Positions 35,471 through 47,026 are shown, counted from the first letter of the stretch. The stretch is DNA of 49,170 bases from Candidatus Pacebacteria bacterium CG_4_9_14_0_2_um_filter_40_15 (GCA_002788675.1 PFRS01000004.1:1-49170); one strand, 5' to 3'. Notes: a model not told the origin generated them from the sequence alone. Numbers and translations: made by a program.

Positions 35471-37279
35471 TTATTGAGTACTTCTTTTAAGTACTGTATA
35501 ACTCTCTGTTTTCTGCACAATTACGAAATTTTTTAGAAAGGCGTGTTCGTCAGTATTAAACTCTCTTCTTTCAAATGGACCAACAACAACATAGTCGATG
35601 CCGTATTTTTCAAATAACGCAGTATTTTGGGGAAATTGATACATGGTACGAAGATCATGATCTTCCTGGTAGTAATCATAACCGTGAGTCCACAACCATC
35701 CAGTATAGGTGGCAAGTGCTTGCCTGCCTGTAAGATTAAATAGCCACTCATTGTGGTATGTACCAGTGAGCCAGATTGAATCAGAATCAGTATTAGCTTT
35801 TGTCCAAGCTGCTAGTGCTACTTCCTCTGCAGAATACATCTGGTAGCTACTAAGTGGAAATCTGAGGGCTCTGTACGTGTCTAGAAAGCCTGAAAAACAG
35901 ATCACAATGGTAATTGCTATCACTAGGGGTTTCATCCACTTACTCTCTTTCCACATGGCATGTAAAAACTGAGCTGACAGTAATGAAAATCCGAGTGATG
36001 CCCACACTAATATTTTTGTATTGTCCCAAACAAAGGGTTGAAATAATACCAGATTTGTTAAAAGAAAAAGTGCGAAGAATGGCACATACTCAAAAAAAGT
36101 TCGCAGTTTGTTACTGCTTTTTTGAATTACTAATCCAAATCCCATCAGACTTAAAACAGGCACTATACTCCAATTTTTAAACCAAAAACTCAGTAGCGTT
36201 TCATTTGGATAATCATTCCCGACATACCAACCTGGATACCATTTGATGAAAGAGTGCTGAATATTTCCAGAAATAAAAATTGAGATGAGTGGGAGAGCGA
36301 TTGCAGCCACAATTCCAGCAAAAATACTCCAATCGATAAACTTAGCAATTTTTTCTTGTTTCGTTTTTGTGGTAAGAATATCCCCGACCGACCAAAAGGA
36401 TAGCAGAATAAACACTGCCAAAAAAGAATGCGTATGAATTATGGGTAGCAATCCAATTACTGCTGCAGTGGCAAAAAATATGAGTTTTTGGGAGCTCTCA
36501 TTTGTTGATCTTTTACTAAAAAATGCAAGTAACTTTGAAAGTTTTGATTGGCGTTTTTTCTGTGTATTTTGAAGCAGTAAGGTAAGGAGTAACAAAGCAA
36601 TTGGAAACCCAACAGTAAAAGCGCGCTGAGGGAAAACCATGCTAGTAATGACCGAGATCCAGCGGTAGTGCTCATCTTCGATGTTTGTATATTCTCGAGG
36701 TGGATTGAGTGCAGTTTCAACTTTTTGTTGACTGTCAGCAATATCTTGAAAGTAGTACAAAAATCCAGTACCGCCATTAAAAAGAAAAATGGTGCTGGCA
36801 AGCACAGCTATGGCAATTGATTTTGAAAGCTGTTTGTAAAAAAGGAACAGCGCAATAATAATTAAACAAGAAAAGACAAAACTAGGCAAAATAAATGCTA
36901 AAAAGAAATCTAAATGCATTCTAATAAGAATTGCTGAAAGCATATCGGCGACAAAGGGATAACTAAACGGAGCATTTAATAAAAAAGGACTGGTAGTTAG
37001 CAGCAAACCGCGCTCGGCCATAGCAGAACCCATGGTAAAGTGCGCAGCCCAGTCACCCCACAGATTAACGTGCTGTGCAGAAATGCCACCTGTTTTATTC
37101 ACAATAAAGGAGTTACTCCAGAAATGAAAAAAGTAGGCAAACCACGCTATAAAGTAGCTTGAAAGCAGTGCCGCAATGACTTTTTTTGAGGGAGATTTTG
37201 TACGACCCAATTTCTGGTGGGCCTGTTTCGCGAACTGCGAGATTTTTTGAGGGAAGTTAACGTTGGACAATATTCGCAT
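35471..37279 (-). CDS. Polytopic membrane protein, GT-C-type glycosyltransferase-like
   Basis: WGDWAAH in the first loop, many TM segments, C-terminal KYGIDYVVVG. Confidence 0.65.
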   Translation of the reverse strand: MRILSNVNFPQKISQFAKQAHQKLGRTKSPSKKVIAALLSSYFIAWFAYFFHFWSNSFIVNKTGGISAQHVNLWGDWAAHFTMGSAMAERGLLLTTSPFLLNAPFSYPFVADMLSAILIRMHLDFFLAFILPSFVFSCLIIIALFLFYKQLSKSIAIAVLASTIFLFNGGTGFLYYFQDIADSQQKVETALNPPREYTNIEDEHYRWISVITSMVFPQRAFTVGFPIALLLLTLLLQNTQKKRQSKLSKLLAFFSKRSTNESSQKLIFFATAAVIGLLPIIHTHSFLAVFILLSFWSVGDILTTKTKQEKIAKFIDWSIFAGIVAAIALPLISIFISGNIQHSFIKWYPGWYVGNDYPNETLLSFWFKNWSIVPVLSLMGFGLVIQKSSNKLRTFFEYVPFFALFLLTNLVLFQPFVWDNTKILVWASLGFSLLSAQFLHAMWKESKWMKPLVIAITIVICFSGFLDTYRALRFPLSSYQMYSAEEVALAAWTKANTDSDSIWLTGTYHNEWLFNLTGRQALATYTGWLWTHGYDYYQEDHDLRTMYQFPQNTALFEKYGIDYVVVGPFERREFNTDEHAFLKNFVIVQKTESYTVLKRSTQ

Positions 37280-38192
37280 ACTCTTTGCTTACCCAACCTT
37301 GTTTTGCTTCAAAAGTAATTTTGTACCAGCCATTTAATTCTTCACCTAAGTACGGATATTTTTTTCCGACTTCTGCCATGCCCAGTTCAACTCCGTTTGG
37401 GCCTGGATTGTTGCGGATGCGTACTACTTCTTTGCCGTCTTGGAAGAAGTTCGTTTTTGTAATTTCTACCAGCGAATTAGCAGTTGGCCCAGGGTTGAGT
37501 GCAGTTGGTTTTGCTGAAGGCGTGGCTGTTGCAACAGCCGACGGGGTTGCTAGAGCATCCGCTGATGCTGTTGCTGCCACAGCATCGACAGTTTCAGTTG
37601 GAGGTTTTGAAGTTTTATTTGGGTCAAGTTTGGCAAGTTTTACTTGGATGATCATTCGATAACCAGCAGCAACTTCTATCGAGTGACTCTGGGTTTCGTA
37701 TGAAGGTAAAGTAATTTCATAATCTAGCTTGCCTGGCTGTATGTTAGGAATGGTGACTGGTGAAAATTCTTTGTTGCGGTCAGCCAGTGTAATAATTGCG
37801 CCGTCAGGAATGGTCACAAACGAAACTTCTGAAGTATCTTTTGAACTAATCTTTTCCATTTCGTAAATTACACCTCCCATTTGCTCTGGGCGGGTGGCAC
37901 TTTTCCAGGTTATCACGGTAAGTACTCCTGGATGGAGGTTCACTTCTGTTTCATAGGGAAGAAAGTCGGGGTCTTCAGGTTCAATGCGAATAGTATGCAC
38001 ACCGGGAGCGAGTTGTTTTTCTATAAGCGGAGTTTTGTTGAGGTACTGTTCATCAATAAAGACAGAACTAGGCACGTCATGCGTGATGACCTGTAGTCCA
38101 GCTTTGGCCTCTTTGCGCAGTGAACAACCACTCAGAAAAATAGGGGTAAGACACAATGAGACAACAATGAGAAGTTTTTTCTTCCAGTTCAT
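37257..38192 (-). CDS. Lipoprotein-like PEGA-domain protein with C-terminal SH3b-like domain
   Basis: LSGC lipobox; VFIDEQYLNKTP and TIPDGA PEGA-like repeats; GWYKI...GWVS. Confidence 0.8.
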   Translation of the reverse strand: MNWKKKLLIVVSLCLTPIFLSGCSLRKEAKAGLQVITHDVPSSVFIDEQYLNKTPLIEKQLAPGVHTIRIEPEDPDFLPYETEVNLHPGVLTVITWKSATRPEQMGGVIYEMEKISSKDTSEVSFVTIPDGAIITLADRNKEFSPVTIPNIQPGKLDYEITLPSYETQSHSIEVAAGYRMIIQVKLAKLDPNKTSKPPTETVDAVAATASADALATPSAVATATPSAKPTALNPGPTANSLVEITKTNFFQDGKEVVRIRNNPGPNGVELGMAEVGKKYPYLGEELNGWYKITFEAKQGWVSKEYANIVQR

Positions 38193-38212
38193 GCTCTTAG
38201 TGTATCACGACT

Positions 38213-40699
38213 CTAGGTTTTTTTTGCAGAGAGTGGCTTGAGAGGCTGGGTCAAAGCTTTATCGAGTACCTCACGTACGTTTGCCATTGGGATGAAGGTA
38301 ATGTCTTTTTTCACACTATCTGGAATCTCTACGATGTCACGTTCGTTGTCTTTTGGAATCAACACAGTAGTACTGCCAGCCTGATGCGCGGCAATACTTT
38401 TTTCCTTGAGGCCTCCAATACGCAGCACATTGCCGCGTAGAGTAACTTCTCCGGTCATGGCAACATCTTTGTGGACGGGAATACCTGTGTATGCAGAAAC
38501 TATGGCTGTGGTCATGGTTACGCCAGCTGAAGGACCATCTTTTGGTACTGCACCTTCTGGAACGTGGATGTGGACGTCAGTGTTAGCAAGTTGTTTATCA
38601 CTTATTCCTAATTCATTTGAATGTGCTTTTACATAGGTCAAGGCCGTTTGGGCAGATTCTTGCATAACTTTACCCAGTTTCCCAGTGAGCTGCACTTTGC
38701 CTTTTCCAGGAGTGAGCGCAACTTCAATAAAGAGCACTTCTCCACCAACGCTTGTCCAGGCTAGACCGGTTGATTGACCAACTATGCTTTCGTTAGACTT
38801 AAGTGGTGGATCAAATTGTTCTGGTCCCAGATATTTCTTGAGAATTTCCGGTGTGACCGCAACTTTTTTCTTTTTTGTTTCCACGATGGTGCGAGCAACT
38901 TTGCGAGCAATTTTCCCCAGTGTTTTTTCGAGTCCGCGCACACCTGCTTCTTTAGTGTAGCGAGAAATAACTCGAGAAATTATTTTTTCAGAGATATCAA
39001 TTTGCTTGATGTCTAAGCCATTAGCAGCAATTGTTTTTTTGAGTAAATGTCGTTTAGCAATCTCAAATTTTTCTTCTTCTGTGTAGCCACTGTAGCGAAT
39101 AATTTCCAAACGGTCACGAAGCGCTGGCGGCACAGTAGTAAGCGTGTTGGCAGTGGTAATAAAGAACACCTGTGAAAGATCGAATGGAATATCCATGTAG
39201 TGATCTTCGAATGAAGCATTTTGTTCAGGATCAAGCGCTTCAAGTAATGCAGCTGATGGGTCTCCTCTAAAGTCATTGCCCAGTTTATCGATTTCATCGA
39301 GCATAAATACTGGGTTCATACTTTTTGCTTGTTTCATTCCATTAATGATTTTACCGGGCATTGCGCCAACGTAGGTACGTCGGTGACCACGGATTTCTGC
39401 CTCGTCCCGGACTCCTCCAAGGGAAATTTTGACGAAATCTCTACCAAGTGCTTCTGCAATTGAGCGACCAATACTTGTTTTACCCACACCTGGAGGGCCT
39501 ACAAAACAAATAATGGTAGGTACGGACTGATCATCTTTTTTCTTACTCTTTTCTTTGAGTTGCATAACGGCCATGTGCTCGATAATGCGATCTTTCACAT
39601 CTTTGAGGCCATAGTGATTTTTCTCGAGAGTTTCTTCAGCTTTTGAAATATTTACTTCACTTTTCTGGAGTTTGTTCCAAGGCATTTCAAAGACGGTGTC
39701 GAGCCAACTGCGAATGTATCCAGTTTCTGGATTGTTCGCCGACATTTGGCGTAATTTTTTAATCTCTTTTTTAATTTTAGTTCTTAAATCTTTTTCAAGT
39801 TTTAGGCGTTTGAGTTTTCCCTCATAGCTAATGGCTGCCTCTTCTTCGTCGTCAATATCACCTAATTCTTTTTGAATGGTTTTGAGTCGTTCGCGTAAAA
39901 TGCTTTCGCGCATGTTTTTGTCGAAAGTTTCTTGCGTTTTGTGGACAACATCTTTTTCAATTTCAAGCACTTTCATTTCGTGTGCAAGATGTTCAACAAC
40001 TTTGCGAATGCGAGATTTGACGTCGAGCTCTTCAAGTAATCGCTGCTTTTCTTCAGTTTTAATTGAAAGAGTACTGGCAATTTGGTCAACTAATTCGCCG
40101 TTTCGAACGCCGCCCATAAGTTTCATGAAGTTTAGAAATTCAACGGGTTTGCCCATGTGAATTGATTGGCGGAACTCTTTTTGCAGATGAGAGACCATTG
40201 CCTTCATTTCGTCATCGTTTATCTCGATTTCAGTAATTCTTTCAACTTCAACTACAATCCGAGGAAACGTTGATATATAGCGGATAATACGCACTCTACC
40301 CACGCCTTTTACCAGTGCGTTGGTATTTTCGTCTGCATCAAGTGTTTTTTCAACAACGGCCAGAGTTCCAATGGTATAGAGGTCTTTTGGTTCTGGAGCA
40401 TTAATGGTTGAGTCCTTTTGAGTGACCAATACAACATACTTTGGTTTATCCTCAGGAAGATCCTTAATTGCATTGAGTGAGAGTTGTCGGCCAAAACTCA
40501 GCACCGACTCGGTACTTGGGAATAGAACGCCCTCTCGTACAGGAACTACAGGTAACGTGAGAATGCGTGTTCGACTTGTTTTTTTAGGTTTTTTTGTTGA
40601 AGTACCTTCCATAGAGTGTTTAAAACTATCTGAAAGAGATTCCTTCTTTTCTGAAGGTTCGCTAGTGACTTCTGGTTGTTTTGTTTTGTCATCTATCAT
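38213..40699 (-). CDS. lon: ATP-dependent protease La
   Basis: [36 protein letters not shown]. Confidence 0.98.
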   Translation of the reverse strand: MIDDKTKQPEVTSEPSEKKESLSDSFKHSMEGTSTKKPKKTSRTRILTLPVVPVREGVLFPSTESVLSFGRQLSLNAIKDLPEDKPKYVVLVTQKDSTINAPEPKDLYTIGTLAVVEKTLDADENTNALVKGVGRVRIIRYISTFPRIVVEVERITEIEINDDEMKAMVSHLQKEFRQSIHMGKPVEFLNFMKLMGGVRNGELVDQIASTLSIKTEEKQRLLEELDVKSRIRKVVEHLAHEMKVLEIEKDVVHKTQETFDKNMRESILRERLKTIQKELGDIDDEEEAAISYEGKLKRLKLEKDLRTKIKKEIKKLRQMSANNPETGYIRSWLDTVFEMPWNKLQKSEVNISKAEETLEKNHYGLKDVKDRIIEHMAVMQLKEKSKKKDDQSVPTIICFVGPPGVGKTSIGRSIAEALGRDFVKISLGGVRDEAEIRGHRRTYVGAMPGKIINGMKQAKSMNPVFMLDEIDKLGNDFRGDPSAALLEALDPEQNASFEDHYMDIPFDLSQVFFITTANTLTTVPPALRDRLEIIRYSGYTEEEKFEIAKRHLLKKTIAANGLDIKQIDISEKIISRVISRYTKEAGVRGLEKTLGKIARKVARTIVETKKKKVAVTPEILKKYLGPEQFDPPLKSNESIVGQSTGLAWTSVGGEVLFIEVALTPGKGKVQLTGKLGKVMQESAQTALTYVKAHSNELGISDKQLANTDVHIHVPEGAVPKDGPSAGVTMTTAIVSAYTGIPVHKDVAMTGEVTLRGNVLRIGGLKEKSIAAHQAGSTTVLIPKDNERDIVEIPDSVKKDITFIPMANVREVLDKALTQPLKPLSAKKT

Positions 40700-40851
40700 A
40701 GGTTAGCATTCTAATAATTTGACTGCTAAAAATCAAGTGGTAAATAGCCTTGAAACACCCTTTTTCCAGAGTGAAACACTGCTTTTCTGAAGAAAAAAGT
40801 ATGTTACAATATATTCCTGTGATCTTCACTGTGGTGAATTTCTCAAGTTAA

Positions 40852-40928
40852 GGGTGTATAGCTCAGTTGGTTAGAGCGCAGTCCTGATAAGACTGAGGTC
40901 CATCGTTCGAATCGATGTACACCCACCA
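40852..40928 (+). tRNA. tRNA-Ile(GAT)
   Basis: GGGTGTA/TACACCC-ACCA; CAGTC-CTGATAA-GACTG anticodon arm. Confidence 0.97.
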
Positions 40929-41001
40929 GAGAATATTCGAAAAAATACTTCTTCAATTGTTACCATACGTTTTTTTCCAATGAATTCGCACTGTAAGTTT
41001 A

Positions 41002-41874
41002 TTACTTTGGCTCTTTTGTTGCAAATAATAACAAATTTTCGTGTGATCTGAATTCATGTCTAGCATTCCAGGAAGGTTGAATTGCAAATCGTTCTTCCAA
41101 GGTAGCGTGTATGCCATTAGGGAAATACATGTTATGTTGGTTGGTACAAGTTATATTTGTAAAGCCAGCTTCTGTTAACAAGTTAGTTGCACATTTTTGG
41201 GTATGTACTACCACATTTTTGTTATACTTTTGGTTAAATATCGTTAGTGGTTCTTTATTATTAGTTTCAGCAAAGTGTGTAAGCATTTTTTTGATACGAA
41301 ACTCAATTTCTAAGTCGTCTTGGGTTGTTCCTTCAGCAAAAAGTGCAACCTGATTGTATGGGGTGCAAAGTTCTAAGATTAATGCTCCATCTTCTTCTAA
41401 TTGTGAATAAAAATGAGTGAGTGCTTGTTTTGAACCTTCAATATCTAACCAAGGAAATACTGACAAACAAGAAATGCCGGTAACTGGAAGTGAAAATGGC
41501 GGTGGTTTAGTTATATCAGCCTGAATGGTAAACACACTGTCTCGTGGATTTTTGGTAGTTTCAATTGCTTTAGGAAAGCGTGTGAGCGCATCTTCTTGCA
41601 GATCTGTAGCTACTATAGTGATTTTAAAAATAGGGTCAATAAATGAACGGAGAGTTTTGAATCGTGTTCCAGAGCCTGATCCTGCATCCCATACCCGTAT
41701 ACCACCAGGCTGACTGTTAAAACGCCACATGTGTTTGGCCCATCGATCAAAACTTCGATAGTTTGCCCATTCTGGTGGAGCTTCTGGCTTAAGCCAAATG
41801 CCATAGCCTTGTTTCCCGGCATTTTCAACGGTAGCTAGATGCACTGTAGACGCTGATTCTATCATTTCCCCCAT
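41002..41874 (-). CDS. Class I SAM-dependent methyltransferase
   Basis: VWDAGSGSG, ATD, QADIT, LEEDGALIL. Confidence 0.85.
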   Translation of the reverse strand: MGEMIESASTVHLATVENAGKQGYGIWLKPEAPPEWANYRSFDRWAKHMWRFNSQPGGIRVWDAGSGSGTRFKTLRSFIDPIFKITIVATDLQEDALTRFPKAIETTKNPRDSVFTIQADITKPPPFSLPVTGISCLSVFPWLDIEGSKQALTHFYSQLEEDGALILELCTPYNQVALFAEGTTQDDLEIEFRIKKMLTHFAETNNKEPLTIFNQKYNKNVVVHTQKCATNLLTEAGFTNITCTNQHNMYFPNGIHATLEERFAIQPSWNARHEFRSHENLLLFATKEPK

Positions 41875-41971
41875 ATATGCAACGAATTATATCATATGTG
41901 TGTATTTAATATGTAGAAAATATCTTAGCACGTCAGATTTTTTATGAGGGAAAGACCAGGGAAAGAAGCGC

Positions 41972-42850
41972 TTAGTATTTTGGTACGTGCTTGAGTACAT
42001 CATCCGAATCATCATATTTGCCAAGGAAGTGCCCTTTGAGTGCACTGGTGGTCATATTACGGAAAGCACGCACTTCTTTGTACCCCATTTCTTTTGGGTT
42101 CTCTGGAATAAAACTTGAAAAATCAAGTGCTTCTCCAATATGAACTATAACTGTATGTGGTTTGCCAGCTTCATCATTAAAGTGAGGTCTTTTTGAATCT
42201 GGTGGCAGTAAATTCTCATTCCCTTCAAGATAGATAGGAATTACTGGAACTTTGCCTTCTGTCAGCAAAATAACGTGGCCAATGCCAGTTTTAAACTCTC
42301 GTTCTGAAAGTGGCTTACCCCAATTTCTTCGTGTGCCTTCAGGATAAAAAACAGCGAATTCACCGTGTAATGTACGTTCCGCAATCTGCTCAAGATCATA
42401 GTTTGATTGGTCACGGTTAAAGCGATCAATTGGGAAAATTCGAGCACCGGCAGGTCCTACTGTTTTTAGAAAAGCTGTGGTTACTATTTTTGCTATTTTT
42501 TCTTTAATGGAATCATCTTCCGACAGAACAGCTTTATGCCAATAGTCCGCTCCAGCAATAAAAAAAAGATTCTTTCTGAGTTCTTCCTCAAGTGCTGCTC
42601 TAAGTATGCCGGTATCAATATGACCATTGTGTGGAAGTACGGCAAGAATGGCCCCGGTATGATGCAGTACTTCAAGATTTTTTTCACCTTCAACCTGTAT
42701 GGTAACTCTATTGCTTAAAAAATCAGAAACTCTATTTCGAATAAATTCACCAAGTTTAGTCGCTTTTTTCAAATGGCGTTTCTCGAGTAGTTGTGTTTCA
42801 CCTCGTATGGTCAGTTCTTTTGGTCGTGGCATTGGCATGTATTGTAACAT
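41972..42850 (-). CDS. Lysophospholipid acyltransferase (PlsC family)
   Basis: HNGHID (HxxxxD), FPIDR, YPEGTR, PVIPI. Confidence 0.9.
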   Translation of the reverse strand: MLQYMPMPRPKELTIRGETQLLEKRHLKKATKLGEFIRNRVSDFLSNRVTIQVEGEKNLEVLHHTGAILAVLPHNGHIDTGILRAALEEELRKNLFFIAGADYWHKAVLSEDDSIKEKIAKIVTTAFLKTVGPAGARIFPIDRFNRDQSNYDLEQIAERTLHGEFAVFYPEGTRRNWGKPLSEREFKTGIGHVILLTEGKVPVIPIYLEGNENLLPPDSKRPHFNDEAGKPHTVIVHIGEALDFSSFIPENPKEMGYKEVRAFRNMTTSALKGHFLGKYDDSDDVLKHVPKY

Positions 42851-43011
42851 CTACAGTCATTTTATGAAAATTTGTGAGGTAAGATGCAGTATTGTTTATG
42901 CAATTTTGGCAGTTAATCATAATGGTTGCTAATATTTGAGAAAATGAAATTTTTGCTCTATATCAGTATATATTGATATACTAACATATAGTTATATACA
43001 CAAAGATACAG

Positions 43012-46000
43012 TTAAGCCTGATGCTGATTGTTAGCATCGCGCAGAAGCCTCATTGCCCGAGCAACCCTCCGCTGATTAGTGAGCATTTCTGGATTATCAT
43101 CCGATTTGTACACGGTTCTTTCGAGGTGTCCGTAATGGTTGCCAAAAAGAGTTATCACCATGTCGGCAAGTATAGCTCGATTTTCTTCAGGAACCTCGGG
43201 GTCATCAAGTAATTTTCCAAGTGCTATTTGGTGTTTAAGCACATCATCATTTTGTGCGATCACAATCTTCACTTGCTGTAAAAGCCTTTCAGCCATGTAA
43301 ATCTTTTCAGCAGTCGAAAGGCCTTCATTTTCTAGAAGAATTGGAGTTACGTTGGTATGAAAATCTTTTCTGTTTTGTATAAGTTCTACTGAGTGAGCGC
43401 GAGCAACCCTGGGGTCAGAATTTTTGACCAGTTGACTATATACTTTCTCGTTTATTTTAATTTGTCCAAAATACACCATAATATCTTGCATAAGTGCTGG
43501 TAAGTCATCTGGAGTTGTGACTAACTTTGTAATGATGGCTGCAATTTTGTCAACGGTAGCCCGATCAACTTCTCCCGTTGATGCACCAAGCAGCGAAATG
43601 TAATGTTTATATTCCCCATAAATATCGTCAGATTTTGCGAGCACAGGTTCGAGTGCAATAAATACGGTCTGTATCCATTCCTCGGCGTGATCAAGCGCTG
43701 TTTGCAGTACTTCATACCCTCCCATCGAGTGTCCAAAGACCATGCCACTGTTAAATGCGACTCCGTCGAGTTCACACAACAGGGCAAAGAGTTGTTTGCC
43801 GTAGTCCTTCATGTCTTGTCCCCGTCCACAAAAACTGAGTGGTGGATCTATTCCGCGGATATTCAACAGATTTGATTTAGAGGCTCCCATCGTGTTGTTG
43901 GCCACAACCAGTGTTGGGTCCTCTTGTGCTCTTGAAAGCGTTCTCACAATGGGGACTATAGTTTCATCATTTGCTCCCCAGCCATGAAAGCCTTCAGCCG
44001 TGATTGTTGCCTGACTAAAGATTGCATTAAGAATATCTCCAGTAGAGCTTCCTGGGGTGAGGACTGGTGAGTGTTCATCTTGAGTTGTAGCTAATTTAGT
44101 AGCAGTTTTCCAGAGTATAGTTGTGAGCAGTTTTTGAAATCGTTGGGATTCTGGCTGAGCATTTTGAGCAGGAGTGTGAATAATAGCAATGCAGAGCTTT
44201 TCAAGCTGCGCAGCATCATTAAAAATACTGGTAGTAGTTAGATTTTTTTCATATTCCTTGAAGTTGGTTGTTTTGAGGATTTCTTCTTTAATAAACTTTA
44301 CAATATCAATCTGAGGATTATTAATAATATCTTCGGCTAACTGCCGAGCGGCCAGCTGCAGTGTAGTTGCTGCCATGGTATTTTCGGCATCTCTAACGTG
44401 AGTGCTTAAGTGATATCTATACAGCACTCGTTCAACTTTTTCTGCTGATAGGTAGCCTTGTTTCAAATCAGAGTTGTTTGTTTCAACTAAGAGTAAAGAT
44501 TCAAGGAGTTCGCGATTTTTTATTTTTTCTATGTTGAGACAGTACTCGCGATCAAAGGATCCTTGTTGTGTTCTGAGTTGTAAGTATTGATGCAGCTCGT
44601 GGGGCAGTATCTCAGCTAGTGACGCCTTCAAAATCAGTGCTTTTTGTTCGATATCATATCGAAGCCGTGGTGCTTCAGCACCTGAAATAGTTACTTTGTC
44701 ATGGATCGAAAGAGCTGTTACTCGTTTAACATTTTCTGCAGCAAGTCCAGAAAAGTTTTTGGTTACCTTTGCGTGCAGCCAACGTAGGGTCATATCTTGA
44801 TTTGCTAGAATTGCTGTGATTTCTTCGGATGAAAGTGATGACTTTTCTAGAAAACGAGTAACACTTTTTTGAAAGATTTCGAATGGAATTTGTTGGTGCC
44901 GCCGCTCTGCGGCGGCACCATAGCAAAAGTCTCGGAGTGCAGCTTCAAGTTCCGGTACGTTAGGGACTCCATCAGCAAACAGTCGTACCATATTGGCAAT
45001 GTTATCCGCAGGTATAGCTTCTGATATTTTTTCGGCAAATAACTTTTTTTCAAATGGTGTTAGGATTGGGTGAAGATTGATTCCTTGGCTATCCAGCAAG
45101 CCAGAGCCAGTAAAAAAATGAATCAATGCTGCTTTATCACGTCCATTGGCTAGGATGTAGTCCCACTGTTCCCAGGATAAACGGTTGTTTTTTTCAAGCA
45201 ATGCAAATAATGATTGGTCGAGTACCATGCCTCGACCATTCAGACCTTCAACTCGATCCATTATTTCAATTCGCGATTTTGTTGAAAATCCCTTTGATTC
45301 AAGTGCTGCAAGTTGTTCTCTAAGTGCACTTTTAATTTTCCCGGTGTTCTCTCTTTTGGGTAATTCTAGCAGGGTAGTGTTAAGTTGCAGTATAATTTCT
45401 GGGTCAACATGTTCAAATTCTCGTCTATGCCATTGCCAGATTTTGTCAAAAGCAAGCAAGATGACGCCATCAAGATCTGCATCATTCTTACTTGAAGCGA
45501 TGGGAGTGGGTTCAGCAATTCCGGAAACCTGAAACAGCGCTGTCTCAGTTGCCGTCTGAAACTTGATTAAGCTTTGGTCTGGTATGCGTATATGAAGATT
45601 GCCTTTTTGTTGAATTCTCATAGGTTGCATAGCTGCCTCTGCTGTGAAAATGGAAAGCGTCTCTTTGTTATCCAAGAGATTAATATTCAGCATTAACTGC
45701 CCGTCATTAAAGCGGGTAAACTTAAGTCTTTGCTTGAGTGAGAGCTTTGCCTCTGATTCTTCAATTTCAGGTGTTATATTTGCGTTTGTACGTATTTCTT
45801 TGGTAACACTGATAGTGTTAGATTCCAATCGTTGCTGTATGGCAGTCAGATAGTTAGCAATTTCTTGAGAATCTCTTTTTTGTAGGAGGGACCATTCAAA
45901 TTCTTTAGCCTGAGCTACTGCAATGTTTGCTAATTGTTCATGCAAGACAATAATAGCTAGTTGCTGATCTGCTGTAGCTCCCGTTTGTTGTGTGAGTGAT

Positions 46001-46359
46001 AAGATTTTATCTGGGAAGGATAGATTTTTATGCATCGCTATTTGTATATTCTCTTGAGTATCTAGCCCACCGTGTTGTTCAACAAATTCGTAGAGTTGTT
46101 TGAGCATTTGCACGGAGAGTGGAGAATCTCTTAGTTCATAAATAGCATCTAGTAATTCAGATGTGTCGATTAAGTGTCTTTGCGTATAGCACTTTACAAC
46201 CATCTTTTGGCCAGCATTGTCAGGTAGAAAACGCTGATATTGAGAACTTAATTCTGCCAGTGCTGTTGTGGCATCATGAATGCGAGTATCAAACTCTGCA
46301 ACATCCACAGCTTTCGCAGGTGGAACGAGAGCTGGTGATTCATGCAGTAATTCAACCAT
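43012..46359 (-). CDS. Large protein with C-terminal alpha/beta hydrolase domain
   Basis: GFHGWGA, nucleophile elbow GHSMGG, candidate Asp (QNDD) and His (GNH); ~780-aa unrecognised N-terminus. Confidence 0.75.
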   Translation of the reverse strand: MVELLHESPALVPPAKAVDVAEFDTRIHDATTALAELSSQYQRFLPDNAGQKMVVKCYTQRHLIDTSELLDAIYELRDSPLSVQMLKQLYEFVEQHGGLDTQENIQIAMHKNLSFPDKILSLTQQTGATADQQLAIIVLHEQLANIAVAQAKEFEWSLLQKRDSQEIANYLTAIQQRLESNTISVTKEIRTNANITPEIEESEAKLSLKQRLKFTRFNDGQLMLNINLLDNKETLSIFTAEAAMQPMRIQQKGNLHIRIPDQSLIKFQTATETALFQVSGIAEPTPIASSKNDADLDGVILLAFDKIWQWHRREFEHVDPEIILQLNTTLLELPKRENTGKIKSALREQLAALESKGFSTKSRIEIMDRVEGLNGRGMVLDQSLFALLEKNNRLSWEQWDYILANGRDKAALIHFFTGSGLLDSQGINLHPILTPFEKKLFAEKISEAIPADNIANMVRLFADGVPNVPELEAALRDFCYGAAAERRHQQIPFEIFQKSVTRFLEKSSLSSEEITAILANQDMTLRWLHAKVTKNFSGLAAENVKRVTALSIHDKVTISGAEAPRLRYDIEQKALILKASLAEILPHELHQYLQLRTQQGSFDREYCLNIEKIKNRELLESLLLVETNNSDLKQGYLSAEKVERVLYRYHLSTHVRDAENTMAATTLQLAARQLAEDIINNPQIDIVKFIKEEILKTTNFKEYEKNLTTTSIFNDAAQLEKLCIAIIHTPAQNAQPESQRFQKLLTTILWKTATKLATTQDEHSPVLTPGSSTGDILNAIFSQATITAEGFHGWGANDETIVPIVRTLSRAQEDPTLVVANNTMGASKSNLLNIRGIDPPLSFCGRGQDMKDYGKQLFALLCELDGVAFNSGMVFGHSMGGYEVLQTALDHAEEWIQTVFIALEPVLAKSDDIYGEYKHYISLLGASTGEVDRATVDKIAAIITKLVTTPDDLPALMQDIMVYFGQIKINEKVYSQLVKNSDPRVARAHSVELIQNRKDFHTNVTPILLENEGLSTAEKIYMAERLLQQVKIVIAQNDDVLKHQIALGKLLDDPEVPEENRAILADMVITLFGNHYGHLERTVYKSDDNPEMLTNQRRVARAMRLLRDANNQHQA

Positions 46360-46435
46360 GTCTCTATTTTACGTTGAATTGTACATAATTACAAAGAAAA
46401 AGCTTAATAGCTAGAAATGGAATGAAAAATTATGT

Positions 46436-47026
46436 TTAACTAGTGACTGTTTTCCATGGAGAAATGGGCAGAGAATGTTCAAAACCTGTTATTCTTTTAT
46501 CGAATTGGTCACTGTTTGGAGATGCAATGCCAACTCCAATCCAAGTTATATGATCTTTTGTAGCGTTCATCAGATCTTGAAGATGGTTTCTCTCTTCACC
46601 ATTAAGTTCGTAGTCAAACTTATATGCCCAGCCAATTTCATCAACATAGAGAACCGTGTTTTCTGTAACGAGTTTGTTAGCCATGAACTCTTGTCTAGCA
46701 GTATCATTCTCGAGTGATTCAAACTCTGTGATCAGTGCATCAGCATCTGCTGTATCTAGGTTATCAGTAATCTCGAAAGTGACATATTCCATGAGATCGT
46801 ATGCCATTTCATTTGGATTTGAATGTATAAGCTGCTCAAGAGTAATTCTACTTGAAGGTGTATTTCCAATGTTTTTTTCTTTGCAATAGCGAGTTATTGC
46901 AGTTTTTCCAGATCTGCTTTCACCAAAAATGTATAGATTTTTTCGTTTTTCAATTGCAGTTTTTATTACTTTTATCTCGGTAGATCTTGATTGAGCAATT
47001 ACTTCGTTAAGTTCAGTTTCAGACAT
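46436..47026 (-). CDS. Small P-loop NTPase (AAA-like)
   Basis: Walker A GESRSGKT, Walker B LYVDE. Confidence 0.75.
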   Translation of the reverse strand: MSETELNEVIAQSRSTEIKVIKTAIEKRKNLYIFGESRSGKTAITRYCKEKNIGNTPSSRITLEQLIHSNPNEMAYDLMEYVTFEITDNLDTADADALITEFESLENDTARQEFMANKLVTENTVLYVDEIGWAYKFDYELNGEERNHLQDLMNATKDHITWIGVGIASPNSDQFDKRITGFEHSLPISPWKTVTS

